IMG/VR virus record: IMGVR_UViG_3300025103_000111 | Location: 1 to 29,087 of that record | DNA length: 29,087 nucleotides | Source: a virus | Taxonomy: Duplodnaviria > Caudoviricetes | Reading direction: 5' to 3' (one strand) | In this document: positions 1-10,923 of the stretch, piece after piece | Layout: each line of letters begins with the position of its first letter | Position numbering within the stretch: position 1 is the first letter of the stretch | Made by a program: the position numbers and the translations under genes | Notes under the pieces: model-generated | What the model was told of the DNA's origin: nothing | Databases searched by the model: none | What the model saw: the letters and a program-made list of their open reading frames with translations, nothing else

Positions 1-801
1 CAACAAGGACAGAAGAAATTAAGCTCTTGGTCTAAGTGGAAATTTAAAGATGAAGAAAAAGTAATAGGTATGACCGTAATGGATCATATAGCTTACTTTG
101 TTATTGTTAGACCTGATGGTACTTATCTAGACAAGATGTCTTTACAAGATGCCAACCTTACAGACTTAACTGAGAGTTCAACTCAATTAAGTTTTAAGGT
201 ATTACTAGATAGGGCTGTAGAACTTACCGGAGTATATAACTCTGGTGCTGATACTACTAGTTGGACATTGCCTTATCCAGATGACTTTGGATCAACTTTC
301 AGAGTAGTCTTAGGAGCAGCTTGGGAAGGTAAAGAAGGAGCACAAGTACAAGGGTTAACTCAAACTACTGCTACTACAGTAACTGCTACTGGAGATTACT
401 CAGCTGGCTCTGCTTTTGTAGGTAAGGAATATCAGTTCTTATATGAGTTTACTGAGCCTACTATTAAGACAGAAGTACAAGGAAGACTTAGTTCTTTATC
501 TGGTGGTATACTAAAGATTCGTAAGTTTAACATTAACTATTTTAAAACTGGTTACTTTGAATTTAAAGTCACAGCTCCTGGTAGAGACGCATTTACCCAT
601 AAGTTTACTGGTAGAATACTAGGGTCAGCTTTGAATACCATAGGTACTATACCATTTGAAACTGGTAACTTTAAGAAGTTAATACTAGCTGATGCTAAAA
701 GTTTAAAATTAGAAGTTGTGTCTAACTCATACCTACCACTTGCTCTTACGGGTGCAGATTGGGAAGGTAACTATGTAGTGAGGACAGTAAGCAGGAGATA
801 A
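1..801 (+). CDS. Tail tubular protein B (T7 gp12-like), C-terminal part; 5' end lies outside the window
   Basis: The frame is open from base 1 (QQGQKKLSSWSKWKF...). SWSKW and the C-terminal GADWEGNY resemble gp12-family proteins. It lies directly upstream of the internal virion genes. Confidence 0.85.
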   Translation, partial: QQGQKKLSSWSKWKFKDEEKVIGMTVMDHIAYFVIVRPDGTYLDKMSLQDANLTDLTESSTQLSFKVLLDRAVELTGVYNSGADTTSWTLPYPDDFGSTFRVVLGAAWEGKEGAQVQGLTQTTATTVTATGDYSAGSAFVGKEYQFLYEFTEPTIKTEVQGRLSSLSGGILKIRKFNINYFKTGYFEFKVTAPGRDAFTHKFTGRILGSALNTIGTIPFETGNFKKLILADAKSLKLEVVSNSYLPLALTGADWEGNYVVRTVSRR

Positions 802-802
802 C

Positions 803-1249
803 ATGAAGCCTTACCATAGAGAATCACAGTTAGATGATTTAACTTGTCTTTCATTACATCTTAGATATGAAGATAGACGTGAGGTTGAGGCATTAGGACA
901 TAAAGTAAATCAAGCCTTAGCTTTAGGATATGGCAATAGTACTATCTGCCGTTCTATTATAGACAATAGAGGTAGAGTAGTAGGTATCTATGGTGTAGTC
1001 CCGTTGTCAGCTAAGTGTGGTCAAGTGTGGATGCTAGGTACTGATGGTCTTGTTAAGATCAAGACTGCTTTCCTTAAACAATCAAGATCAGAGGTAGAAG
1101 GTATGAATAGCGTATATCCACATCTCTGTAATTTTATTGACTCAAGAAATGAAGTACACCTTAAGTGGATCAAATGGTGTGGCTTTAAGATACTTGGAGA
1201 AAAGGTTATTAATAACGTGAAGTTCTATGAATTCTGTAGGTTAGCCTGA
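803..1249 (+). CDS. Internal virion protein A / GNAT-like protein (T7 gp13-like)
   Basis: 148 aa with LRYEDRREV, VWMLGT and N-x-x-H-L-K-W-I-K-W-C-G-F motifs typical of gp13/DUF2833-like proteins. Syntenic after tail tubular B. Confidence 0.8.
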   Translation: MKPYHRESQLDDLTCLSLHLRYEDRREVEALGHKVNQALALGYGNSTICRSIIDNRGRVVGIYGVVPLSAKCGQVWMLGTDGLVKIKTAFLKQSRSEVEGMNSVYPHLCNFIDSRNEVHLKWIKWCGFKILGEKVINNVKFYEFCRLA

Positions 1250-1821
1250 TGTCATACGAAATGCTACAGTTAGCATCTTTTGGTTTAGGTGTAATGAATC
1301 AATATACTTCTTATCAAGCAGATGTTAGAGACCACTATACTCGTATAGATACAGCTAATAGACAGGCTGCATTAAATAATCAATTAGCTTATAATTCTTT
1401 TCTTCATATTAATGAAGAACAGATGTTAACTACAGCTAAACGATCTTTTGATGTTGCAGCTATATACAAACAAATTAGAGCTGCTAAAGCTACGGCTATG
1501 GCTCAAATGGAATCTCAAGGTGGAGACTCTACTATAGGTTCAGGTTTGGCAAGAGTACAAAATATACAAAGACAAGGATTAGAAGCTTTAGCTAGAAAAG
1601 ATTTAAACTTTCAAACAGAACTTAACGACTTTAAAACAAGACGTAAAAATACTACACTTGAAACTTTAAGTAAAAATAATCAAGCATTTTCTGGTTTAAC
1701 TTCTGTACCAGATGCTACTGGTTTAGTAGCTCAAACTATAGGTTTAGGCATTGAGAAATATACTGATCTTGGATATTACACAGGTGCTGATGGTAAAATT
1801 CATGCTAGAGGAGCTGAATAA
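1249..1821 (+). CDS. Internal virion protein B (gp14-like)
   Basis: 190 aa, Ala/Gln-rich and helical, with size and position matching gp14. Coupled to neighbours by TGATG/TAATG overlaps. Confidence 0.65.
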   Translation: MSYEMLQLASFGLGVMNQYTSYQADVRDHYTRIDTANRQAALNNQLAYNSFLHINEEQMLTTAKRSFDVAAIYKQIRAAKATAMAQMESQGGDSTIGSGLARVQNIQRQGLEALARKDLNFQTELNDFKTRRKNTTLETLSKNNQAFSGLTSVPDATGLVAQTIGLGIEKYTDLGYYTGADGKIHARGAE

Positions 1822-4800
1822 TGCCTCAAGATAATATATTTAAAATTGATCCTATACGAACTGATTTAACAGCTCCTGTTACTAATGTAACGGTACAACA
1901 ACCTTTAGATACTTCTAGAAATGACCAACGATTATCTTTAGGTTTATCTTCTTTATCTGATTCATTTACCAGACTAGCTAGAACACGACAAGCTGATCAA
2001 ATTCATAATGATACTATTACTGCTGAATTAGCAGCAGCTTATGAACAAGAAATGCCCGGTGGTTTAGAACCTGAAGCTCAATTAGCTTATTCTAGAGCTG
2101 TAGATAGAACTACTAAAGGTAAAATAATACAGCAAATGCAGGATTTTCTGTTAATTGAAGGATCAGATATTTTAAGTGATAATCGTGTTGACAGAAAAAC
2201 TAGAGCAACCTCTTTTAAAAACCAATTATTAGGGATTTTACAGGGAGGAAAAGCTAGTATTTCTAAGGTTAATGCAGCTGAAATGTTTGCAGACATGGAC
2301 ACCATGTTTGGTCAAATCATGGGAAAAGCTAATGTTTTTCTAGCTAAAGACAAGAAACAAGAAGCAATGGCTACAGCTTCTAGTTCTTTTAGACAACTGT
2401 TTAAAGAACATTTAGCTTTTATGGAAGAACTAATCCCTAAAGTTTCTGATACTGATGAATTAGGAAATGAATTATCTGCTAGTCAATACGCTCAAAAGCT
2501 TAGTAAATTTCATTCAGGCTGGACTGCTAAACATATTAATTCTAAATGGTTTAATAAAGCAGTAACTGAAATTTCAAGAACTAATGTAGGAGCTGATATA
2601 CAAGATATTAAAGCTACAGCATTAACTATAGTTGGTGACGAGTTACTTAAAAAGATAGCTAAAAATCCTGAGTTAGTCAATGAAGGATTGATGAGAGACA
2701 TTATATCTAATGTTAAAGGAAGTACAAAAGGTGTAACATTACAAGATGAAATAGATTCTCAGTCTGAGTTTGGTAAGGTATTAGAAGGTGTATATAAAGA
2801 TTATAATTCAGGATTGAAGTCTACCTTAAAGTCTTTAGAGAAAACTAGAACTGACAATGATAAAGCTAGAAATATACGAATTGCTGACCATATTCAGGAT
2901 GGTTTAATTACAGGTAAATATAAAACTAAAGAAGAAGCTTTAAATTTAGCTATCAGTATAACTGATGATGCTAAACAACGAGCTGTTACAAAACATATCA
3001 ATGCACATTTTAGTGGTGAAAATAAAAAAGATATAGGTCATGCTGACTTTGGGCCTTTAGTTAAATTTGGAGCTGATAACTTTTATGATGCAGCTACAGA
3101 TACATTTGATAGTGTAGGATTTTATGCTTATGCAGGAGAACAAGGTTTTAAAACTACAGCTATAGAAAAAGCTGCTGCTCAGGCTAACCCACAGACAAGA
3201 CGTGGTGAAAGAAGAAAAGAGTTTTTTGCTCAAGAACCTATCAAACAACTAACACAGAGTTTTGATAATATATTAAAATCTACTCTTAAAGAATATGACT
3301 TACTCTCTAAATATAATGCACTTGCAGCTAAATTTGGAGATAAGAAAGTAGACTTAAATAATCCATTAGTTAGAAAAAAATTAGGAATAACTGGTGAAGT
3401 AGGTCTTAAAATAAGAAGAGTATTAGATGCTCAGATTGCTTTAGGTGCTGCTTTAGAATCTTTAATTAGAAATAATCCTGATGTTCCTGTTCATCAACTA
3501 GTAGCTGAAGCACAAAAACAAGCTCAAGGATTAATACAAGATGCTATTACTGATAAACCTTTTGGAACAGCTGTAGCTGTAGCAGAATCAGGTAAAGAAA
3601 AAGTAAAACCTCTTGCAGAAAAACTTGTTGAAGGTTTTATGATGTATCATCAAGATTTAACTGAGATACCTCAAGTTAATTTTATAAATTCTAAAAAAGG
3701 ATTGTTTTCTACTAATAAAGAAGCTAAAGAAGATTATGGCAAGAAAGCTACAGATGAATTAAAAGCTTATGATAAAGCAAAAGCAAAACTAGTAAAAATT
3801 CAAAAAGAATATAAAAGTGCTTCTCCTGCCCAAAAAGCTAGAATAGTAGCTAGTTTTGGTGCTAACCCTGAAAACTTAAAAGTATCTACAGCAATCCCTG
3901 AGATTGCAGAAATTGTTAATCCTGATCCTGCGGTTAGAAGACACTTAGCTGCTAGAAAACTAGCAGGACAAACTGAAATACAACAACCTATGAAACTTGA
4001 TCAACCTTCTGCTTGGGATACGTTTACAGATTTCCTTCAAGGTTTAAGAACAAAAGTTATTAAACCAGCTGCTAAAGAGGTATCACAAAGTCTTCAACAA
4101 TTTGTAGGAAGAAGACGTGGAGATAAACCTACTGATATTATTGATTTAAAAAAAGAAAGACAGTTAGTTGATGTTAGTCCTAAACCAACTCCATTAAAAA
4201 AAACAGAGGAACTAAAAACAAATGAAATTAGTCCTAAGCTTCCTGATGATACAGATGTTGTTCCTAGGATTTCCGATGCTGATATTGCTCCCTTTGCTCC
4301 TTCCCTAGAAACAAATGAACCAGCTATAGATAAAAATAGTCTTACAAAAACTGCAATTAACATTTTAAAGACAGCACAATCTTTATTTGTATCTGAAGCT
4401 TCTGGGGAAGAAGTAGTTTCTGAAGCTATAAAGGTAATAAATAAAATTGGATTTCCAGATGATAAAGGTTTTCTAAAAGAAATTGCAAAACATGAGTCTC
4501 ATTCAGGTAAGCATCAAGATACTTTTAGAAAAAATTATCATGGTGGGATTTATCAAATTGATAAGATAGGATTTACAAAGACACAAGATATTAAATCTCA
4601 TCCTAAACTAAAAAAATGGTATAAAAAAATAAAAGATATTAGTGGTGTTGATTGGACTAAAGTTAAATGGGAAGATTTACGAAAACCTTTTTATTCTACT
4701 TTAGCTGCAAGATTATATTTAATCACCATTCCAGCAGTAATCCCTAAAACTTTAAAAGAACGAGCTAAATATTATAAGAAATATTACAATAGATCAGGTA

Positions 4801-4838
4801 AAGGAACTCCTAGTAAATTTATGGAAAGTCAAAAATAA
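1821..4838 (+). CDS. Internal virion protein C (gp15-like) with a C-terminal lysozyme/lytic transglycosylase-like domain
   Basis: 1005 aa in the gp15 position. The last ~140 aa carry IAKHES...GGIYQID...AARLYL, resembling lysozyme-superfamily motifs. Confidence 0.65.
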   Translation: MPQDNIFKIDPIRTDLTAPVTNVTVQQPLDTSRNDQRLSLGLSSLSDSFTRLARTRQADQIHNDTITAELAAAYEQEMPGGLEPEAQLAYSRAVDRTTKGKIIQQMQDFLLIEGSDILSDNRVDRKTRATSFKNQLLGILQGGKASISKVNAAEMFADMDTMFGQIMGKANVFLAKDKKQEAMATASSSFRQLFKEHLAFMEELIPKVSDTDELGNELSASQYAQKLSKFHSGWTAKHINSKWFNKAVTEISRTNVGADIQDIKATALTIVGDELLKKIAKNPELVNEGLMRDIISNVKGSTKGVTLQDEIDSQSEFGKVLEGVYKDYNSGLKSTLKSLEKTRTDNDKARNIRIADHIQDGLITGKYKTKEEALNLAISITDDAKQRAVTKHINAHFSGENKKDIGHADFGPLVKFGADNFYDAATDTFDSVGFYAYAGEQGFKTTAIEKAAAQANPQTRRGERRKEFFAQEPIKQLTQSFDNILKSTLKEYDLLSKYNALAAKFGDKKVDLNNPLVRKKLGITGEVGLKIRRVLDAQIALGAALESLIRNNPDVPVHQLVAEAQKQAQGLIQDAITDKPFGTAVAVAESGKEKVKPLAEKLVEGFMMYHQDLTEIPQVNFINSKKGLFSTNKEAKEDYGKKATDELKAYDKAKAKLVKIQKEYKSASPAQKARIVASFGANPENLKVSTAIPEIAEIVNPDPAVRRHLAARKLAGQTEIQQPMKLDQPSAWDTFTDFLQGLRTKVIKPAAKEVSQSLQQFVGRRRGDKPTDIIDLKKERQLVDVSPKPTPLKKTEELKTNEISPKLPDDTDVVPRISDADIAPFAPSLETNEPAIDKNSLTKTAINILKTAQSLFVSEASGEEVVSEAIKVINKIGFPDDKGFLKEIAKHESHSGKHQDTFRKNYHGGIYQIDKIGFTKTQDIKSHPKLKKWYKKIKDISGVDWTKVKWEDLRKPFYSTLAARLYLITIPAVIPKTLKERAKYYKKYYNRSGKGTPSKFMESQK

Positions 4839-7800
4839 TGGTAGATATAGTCAAACCTGATATAGAAAGTATCACAAGTGATTTTCATACTTTTAGTAAA
4901 GCACAAGCTGATTACCAAGGGTCTGAAGAACAGCAACTTGATGAATATACTAAAGCCCATGAAGAATACGTTGCACCATTAGCCGAAGAAGAATTAGAAA
5001 AACAAAATGCTAATCCAAATGATGATAGTTTAATTCAAAATATATTAGAGATATTACCAGATGTAGCTATAGGTGCTGTTAAAAGTGTAGGTGAAATAGT
5101 TGAAGCTGCTGGTGGCCCTGAAAATATATTTAATCTTAATAAACCTGATGATACCTTTAGTGCTATAGTTCAAACTTTTGGTCAATTTGGGATACCTTAT
5201 TTGGGTAGTGTAAAAGCAGTATCCTATGCTACTAAAGCTGCTAATATACTTAAAAAATCTCCTAAATTAAAAGTTGCTGCTGACTCTATGATTGCTGGTA
5301 TGCCTGTAGATGCTTTTGCTTTTGATCCTGAGGAAGGCAATATGTTTAATTTTGCTATATCAGCTTTAGGAGTATCTGAAGATGGTAGAGCTGGAGCTGC
5401 TATTAAAGAGTATCTTGCAGTACAAACTGATGATCCAGAAGCTTTAGCTAGAGCTAAAAACGCATTAACAGGTGTTATAGGTACTGTTTTATTTGACCGC
5501 TTTATTAGGTTAATGGGTGGTACTATAAAAGCAGGAACTAAAGCTGTAAAGAATATTACTAAAGGAGATACAGATTTTGTTAAAACTGATCCTTCTGTAG
5601 GTGATACTGTTTTTGGTAAACAAAAAGAAACTACTCCTAAACCTAAAGTAACAGTCAAAGAAATAACTAATGATGAAGATGCAGCAAAAGAACTATCAGA
5701 CACTCTATCAGAAGACTTTGTAGAAAACTATGTTAATCCCATGAGGGATTTACCACAAGAAGAACTTGCGTATGTTAGTTCTAAGTTAGATAGTGTAGAT
5801 GCTGCTATATATAAAGAAGCTAATAAAGATGTTGAAGATTTTGCTGCTACTTATAATAAAGCTTCTGATGAAGAAAAAAGTAAATATGTTCAAGTTTTTA
5901 CAGATGTTATCGAAGGTAAGACTTTAAGTGATATTGATTTAGACCTTCTCAATCCTTTTAATATAACTAAACTTAACTCTCCTCAAGAACGTCTTTCAGT
6001 TATTTCTCAGTTAGGTGAGATTATGAAAGATAAATTACCTAGAAATGTATCTAAAGCTAGTAAACAAGCAAGAAGACAGTTTTTAGATGAAGAAATAAAT
6101 AGAATCACTAAGTATTGGGGAGTTGATCCTGAAGCTTTTGTAAAACATTTAAGGACTGTTACTGGTTCTGTAGATAATGCTATAGCTTATATTCAATCTT
6201 CTAAATTAATAACAGATATACAAGTACAAAAAGGTCTTAAATTAGGAAGAGCTTTCCTAAAAAGTAAAGACCCTAAAGACTACGAAGCTTTTACAGCAGC
6301 AGCTGTAAACTCAGTAGAGACAGCAAGAGGAGCTAGTGGCTTAGGCACAGCTTTTGGTAGAGGATTAGCTGAATTTAAACATATAGCTGACATGGGTGAT
6401 TTAGCTAGTCAAGCTGATTTGATGAAAGCTAAAATGATGAATGATGTTATTACATCTACACCAGAACTAGGTAAAAAAAGAGCTTCAGTTATGGTTAAAT
6501 TAGATGAGATTGCTGAATTTGAAAAGAAAGAAAATCCTGAAAGGTTTAAAAAACAAAAACCTTTAACTGATGAACAAAAAGCCGATAAAAATATTAAGAG
6601 GTTAGAAAAATATTTAAAGGATTTACAAACTGGTAAAGATAAAACTTCTAAAAGAACCAGAACTCCAAGAGAACAAGAGATATTAGATCAGATTAAAGCT
6701 TTTAAAGCCGAAAAGAAACTAACTGAAATATTTTCAGCAGAACAAATGCAAACTAGGGCTAGATTTAAAAGTACTTTAATGTCTACTAAAGCTAAAACTA
6801 GGGATGTTTTATCTGAAATCTATATTAATGGTTTATTATCTAGTTTTAAAACAAGTATTATTAATTTAGCTGGTAATACTTCTGCTATTATGTCTAGTAT
6901 TATTGAACGATGGTATGCAGCAGCTACCAATGTATCAGCTGATGGAGTAACTTTAGGAGAAGCTGCACAATTAACTTGGTCTTATGTAGCAACTTTACCT
7001 GATTTCTTTAGACAAATGCATTATGCTATGAAACATGGGCCTAGTGATGGTGCTATGAAGTTAGATATGGTTAAACCACATGATAGAGCTATTACTCCTG
7101 AATTGTTCAATGCTCAAGGTAATGTTGCAAAAGCTATAGATTACTTTGGTAAAGCAGTTAATCTTCCTGGTAGAGCTTTATTATCTGCTGATGAAGCTTT
7201 TAAAATGCTAAATTATAGAGCTGAACTTGATGCTTTAGCTTATAGAAAAGCTAAATCAAAAGTAGGAGCTATTGGAGATAAACGTATATTAGCTGAAACA
7301 ATGGGTGATATTAAAAAGAATATGTTAGATCATCCTGATTTAATGGAACAAGCTAAAGGTTTTTCTGAAATTAATACATTTACTAATAAATTACCAGAAG
7401 TTGATCGAATTGATTTTAATACAGGAGAAATTACCCAAGTAGGAGGGATGTCTAGGACATTTAAGAAGCTTATTGATAGAGACCCTACTGGATTAATGAG
7501 AGTATTTATACCTTTTTTTCAAACTCCAGTTAATTTGCTATCTCATGCAGGACAACGAACTCCTTTAATTAGGAGAATGAGCGATTCTTTAATGGCAGAT
7601 TTGAAGTCTCAGAATCCTGCAACTAGGCAACTTGCAGAAGCTAAGATTGCTACAGGTAATATGATGTGGATGACCGCTTTTGGTTTAGCTATGACAGGAA
7701 ACTTTACTGGTGCTCCTCCTGCTGATATAGACCTAAGAAGAAGACAAGAAGAAGCTATGGGTGGAGCCTTTTGGTATTCCTATATGACTGACGATGGTTG

Positions 7801-8809
7801 GGTTAATTATAATAGACTTGATCCTCTTGGTATTGTTCTTAGTGGTGCTACTACTATAGCTACTTTAGCTAAATCTTTAATAACCTTAACAGAACAAGGT
7901 GCTAAAGGAGGCTATGATCAAGAAATCTTTGATGCTTACCAAGCTACTTTTGCTGATGCAGCTATTGGTTTAACTAGAATGGTAACAGATCGTCATTACT
8001 TACAAGGTTTTGGTAATATGATTGATCTAGTTACAGGTGATCAAAGAGGACTTAGTAGAGCTTTGGGTAACTTAGCTACGGCTGTTGATCCTACTGCAAG
8101 TTTTTATTCTAGTTTTAGACGTGGTATTGATAGAGGGATTAATCCAGTTAGAGAAACTAAAATAAAACAAGAAGAATTAGAAGCTAGTGATCCTATTACA
8201 GCAGGGTATCAAGCTATTGTTCAAGAATTAGACTCTATATTTTCTACATCTTTATCTTTAATTCCTGGTGTAGGATCAGAAAGACCAGCTTCTATTAATT
8301 TAGTAGGAGAAAAACGATTTTATCCTGGCACTTCTACTAGTGATGATCTTCATGTAGAGCCTTTAGAAGTCATTTCTAATACATTTAATACTATGTTTAA
8401 TCCTCTCGCAGGAGGAACAAGGTCAAAGAGTGCTGTAATGAATAAACTTGCTCTTTTAGGTTCAACTTTACAAGGCCCTGAATTAGTATCTAGTATTAGT
8501 GGAGTTAAATTATCACAAGAAGAACATCAATTCTTTGCTCAAACATGGACTGAATTAAATAAAAAACTAGAAAAAAGAGCTGGTTCTAAAGCTTTTGATA
8601 GAATGGCTGAAGGAGCACAATTAGAAGAACTTGAAATGAACATAGCAATTAATAAAGAAATAGCACAAATTCAAACTGAAAGTAAATTTCCTAGAATTGC
8701 AAATGCTTCAATGACTAATGAATTAGATGATCTTATGAATATGTCGACTGAGACTATTCCTAAAACTGGAGCTGCTAATCTTTTTAACTTAGGACAGGGA
8801 CAACCATAA
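4838..8809 (+). CDS. Internal virion protein D (gp16-like ejection protein)
   Basis: 1323 aa, directly before the tail fibre. Motifs DEAFK, FIPFFQTPVN and YNRLDP are typical of large podoviral internal proteins. Confidence 0.75.
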   Translation: MVDIVKPDIESITSDFHTFSKAQADYQGSEEQQLDEYTKAHEEYVAPLAEEELEKQNANPNDDSLIQNILEILPDVAIGAVKSVGEIVEAAGGPENIFNLNKPDDTFSAIVQTFGQFGIPYLGSVKAVSYATKAANILKKSPKLKVAADSMIAGMPVDAFAFDPEEGNMFNFAISALGVSEDGRAGAAIKEYLAVQTDDPEALARAKNALTGVIGTVLFDRFIRLMGGTIKAGTKAVKNITKGDTDFVKTDPSVGDTVFGKQKETTPKPKVTVKEITNDEDAAKELSDTLSEDFVENYVNPMRDLPQEELAYVSSKLDSVDAAIYKEANKDVEDFAATYNKASDEEKSKYVQVFTDVIEGKTLSDIDLDLLNPFNITKLNSPQERLSVISQLGEIMKDKLPRNVSKASKQARRQFLDEEINRITKYWGVDPEAFVKHLRTVTGSVDNAIAYIQSSKLITDIQVQKGLKLGRAFLKSKDPKDYEAFTAAAVNSVETARGASGLGTAFGRGLAEFKHIADMGDLASQADLMKAKMMNDVITSTPELGKKRASVMVKLDEIAEFEKKENPERFKKQKPLTDEQKADKNIKRLEKYLKDLQTGKDKTSKRTRTPREQEILDQIKAFKAEKKLTEIFSAEQMQTRARFKSTLMSTKAKTRDVLSEIYINGLLSSFKTSIINLAGNTSAIMSSIIERWYAAATNVSADGVTLGEAAQLTWSYVATLPDFFRQMHYAMKHGPSDGAMKLDMVKPHDRAITPELFNAQGNVAKAIDYFGKAVNLPGRALLSADEAFKMLNYRAELDALAYRKAKSKVGAIGDKRILAETMGDIKKNMLDHPDLMEQAKGFSEINTFTNKLPEVDRIDFNTGEITQVGGMSRTFKKLIDRDPTGLMRVFIPFFQTPVNLLSHAGQRTPLIRRMSDSLMADLKSQNPATRQLAEAKIATGNMMWMTAFGLAMTGNFTGAPPADIDLRRRQEEAMGGAFWYSYMTDDGWVNYNRLDPLGIVLSGATTIATLAKSLITLTEQGAKGGYDQEIFDAYQATFADAAIGLTRMVTDRHYLQGFGNMIDLVTGDQRGLSRALGNLATAVDPTASFYSSFRRGIDRGINPVRETKIKQEELEASDPITAGYQAIVQELDSIFSTSLSLIPGVGSERPASINLVGEKRFYPGTSTSDDLHVEPLEVISNTFNTMFNPLAGGTRSKSAVMNKLALLGSTLQGPELVSSISGVKLSQEEHQFFAQTWTELNKKLEKRAGSKAFDRMAEGAQLEELEMNIAINKEIAQIQTESKFPRIANASMTNELDDLMNMSTETIPKTGAANLFNLGQGQP

Positions 8810-10578
8810 TGGCTAACTCAAAAGTACAATATACAGCTGATGGCAGTACACAAGCTTTTGCTGTAACCTTTCCATTTATCAGTAGGTCTCATGTAAGTGT
8901 AGAAGTAGATGGATCAGCTGCTACATTTACTTGGAACAATGATAGTCAGATTACAATTTCAAGTCCTACTTTAAGTGGCTCAGAGATTGTACTAATAGCC
9001 CGTAGTACATCTAGGGATACACGCTTAGTTGACTATGTAGATGGCAGTAACTTAACTGAAACTGACCTTGATTTAGACAGTAAGCAAGCCTTTTATATGG
9101 CTCAGGAGTCCTTAGATGAGCTTACATTGCTAGATGATGCAGCTGTGGCTACCTCAACTCATATACTGGTAGGTAATGGTACTACGTTTACTAATGTAGC
9201 TATGTCTGGTGATGCAACTATTAGTCAAGCAGGAGCTGTAACTATAGCTAATACATCTGTAGAAACTGCTATGATAGCTAATGATGCTATTACTAGTGCT
9301 AAGATAGCTGACGATGCTATTGATTCTGAGCACTATACAGATGGTTCCATAGATACGGCTCATATTGCAAATGCAAATGTTACTACAGCTAAAATAGCTG
9401 ATGATGCTATTACTGGAGCTAAGATTGCGTTATTTGGTGATTCTTATGCTGCTACTAATGGTCATATATTGGTAGCTGATGGTACTGATTTTGACAATGT
9501 AGCTATGTCAGGAGATGTAACTATTAATAATTCTGGTGTTACAGCTATAGGTTCAGGAGTTATAGTTAATGCTGATGTTAATGGTAGTGCTGCTATAGAT
9601 GCTACTAAGATACATAATGGAACTATTACTAATACTGAATTTGGATATTTAAATGGAGTCTCTTCTAATATTCAATCTCAATTAGATGGTATTGTAGCTG
9701 GAGCTGTAACTGATTGTCAAGATGATGATTTTAGAATACAGGATAATGGTGATAATACTAAACAATTAGCTTTTGAAGTAAGTGGAGTATCTTCAGGTAA
9801 TACTCGTACTTTAACTGTACCTGATGCTAGTGATACTATTGTAGGTAGAGCTACTACTGATACATTAACCAATAAAACATTAACTGCACCTGTTTTAAAT
9901 GATCCTACGTTTGATGTAACAGTAGGTGTTACAGCAGATACTGGTTCTGCACAAGGGGATGGAGCTATTACTAGCACTTTTGTTGAAATAGCAACGTGTG
10001 CTAACCCAGGAGATGCCGTTACATTACCCTCTGCTGCTGCTGGAAAATTAGTTATTATTGCTAATAATGGTTCAAACTCAGCTGATGTCTTTCCAGCTTC
10101 AGGAGATAAAATAGATGGTGGATCAGCTAATGCTGCTATTGCTTTAGCAGCAGGATCAAACAAAATATTTATATGTCAAGATGCAACTGATTGGGATACT
10201 ATTGGTGCAGGATTGACTGAACTAAGTAATGATTCTTCTCCTGTTCTTGGTGCTGATCTTGATGTTGCTAGTTATGATATTACCTCTGCCAGTAATGCAG
10301 ATGTTGATATTAACCCAAATGGAACTGGTAATGTAGTTCTTAAAACAGATTTAGTCAGCGTTGGAGGAGGTTCGGAAGTTGGTCATGTTTCATCAAATAG
10401 CACACAAGATTTAAAACTTTCAACTAATAGTGGGACTACTTCTGGAACTATAATTATAACAGATGGAGCAAATGGGGCGATTACAATCACACCCAATGGT
10501 TCAGGTATAATTGACTTACCAAGCTCAATGAACCCAACATTAACCAGTACAGGAAAAGCATTAGTCTTAGGATTTTAG
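8809..10578 (+). CDS. Tail fibre protein (gp17-like)
   Basis: N-terminal T7 tail-fibre anchor domain (YTADGSTQAFAVTFPFISRSHVSV...R-x-T...VDYVDGSNLTETDLD...QE), followed by Ala/Thr/Gly/Asp-rich repeats. Confidence 0.9.
   Translation: MANSKVQYTADGSTQAFAVTFPFISRSHVSVEVDGSAATFTWNNDSQITISSPTLSGSEIVLIARSTSRDTRLVDYVDGSNLTETDLDLDSKQAFYMAQESLDELTLLDDAAVATSTHILVGNGTTFTNVAMSGDATISQAGAVTIANTSVETAMIANDAITSAKIADDAIDSEHYTDGSIDTAHIANANVTTAKIADDAITGAKIALFGDSYAATNGHILVADGTDFDNVAMSGDVTINNSGVTAIGSGVIVNADVNGSAAIDATKIHNGTITNTEFGYLNGVSSNIQSQLDGIVAGAVTDCQDDDFRIQDNGDNTKQLAFEVSGVSSGNTRTLTVPDASDTIVGRATTDTLTNKTLTAPVLNDPTFDVTVGVTADTGSAQGDGAITSTFVEIATCANPGDAVTLPSAAAGKLVIIANNGSNSADVFPASGDKIDGGSANAAIALAAGSNKIFICQDATDWDTIGAGLTELSNDSSPVLGADLDVASYDITSASNADVDINPNGTGNVVLKTDLVSVGGGSEVGHVSSNSTQDLKLSTNSGTTSGTIIITDGANGAITITPNGSGIIDLPSSMNPTLTSTGKALVLGF
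9157..9550 (+). repeat. Protein-level repeats within the tail fibre
   Basis: HILVGNGTTFTNVAMSGDATI and HILVADGTDFDNVAMSGDVTI flank several 10-aa units of the AKIADDAITx type. Boundaries are approximate. Confidence 0.7.
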
Positions 10579-10587
10579 GAGAATAAA

Positions 10588-10917
10588 ATGGCATCAGAGT
10601 TATTAAAAGTCTCACATACAGCAGGAGTAACTAATAGCGAATCGGTTTTGCTTAATGGTGTAAATGGACACACTTATACTATTCTTTCAATTCTTATTTG
10701 TGAAACAGGAGGGGCAGCGGAAACCTTTGATCTGTATATAGACGATGGTGGAGGCGGTACAGACTATGAGATTTATTCAGATCAAGCTTTAGCTGCTAAT
10801 GCAACCTTTGAGCATACCACTAAATTTGTTATTGAAGATGAAGACCATCTATGTGCAGCTACAGCTAGTTCTGCAAATGTAGATATTATTGTTAGTTACT
10901 TAGACCAAACTCGATAA
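10588..10917 (+). CDS. Small acidic beta-rich protein, probably tail-associated
   Basis: 109 aa with AGGAG RBS, immediately after the tail fibre. Confidence 0.6.
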   Translation: MASELLKVSHTAGVTNSESVLLNGVNGHTYTILSILICETGGAAETFDLYIDDGGGGTDYEIYSDQALAANATFEHTTKFVIEDEDHLCAATASSANVDIIVSYLDQTR

Positions 10918-10923
10918 AACAAT

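Noticed and set aside
2087-10163. Minus-strand ORFs inside structural genes (e.g. 5224-5703, 9717-10163)
   Set aside because: These are antisense shadows of long + strand genes with biased codon usage and no recognisable motifs.
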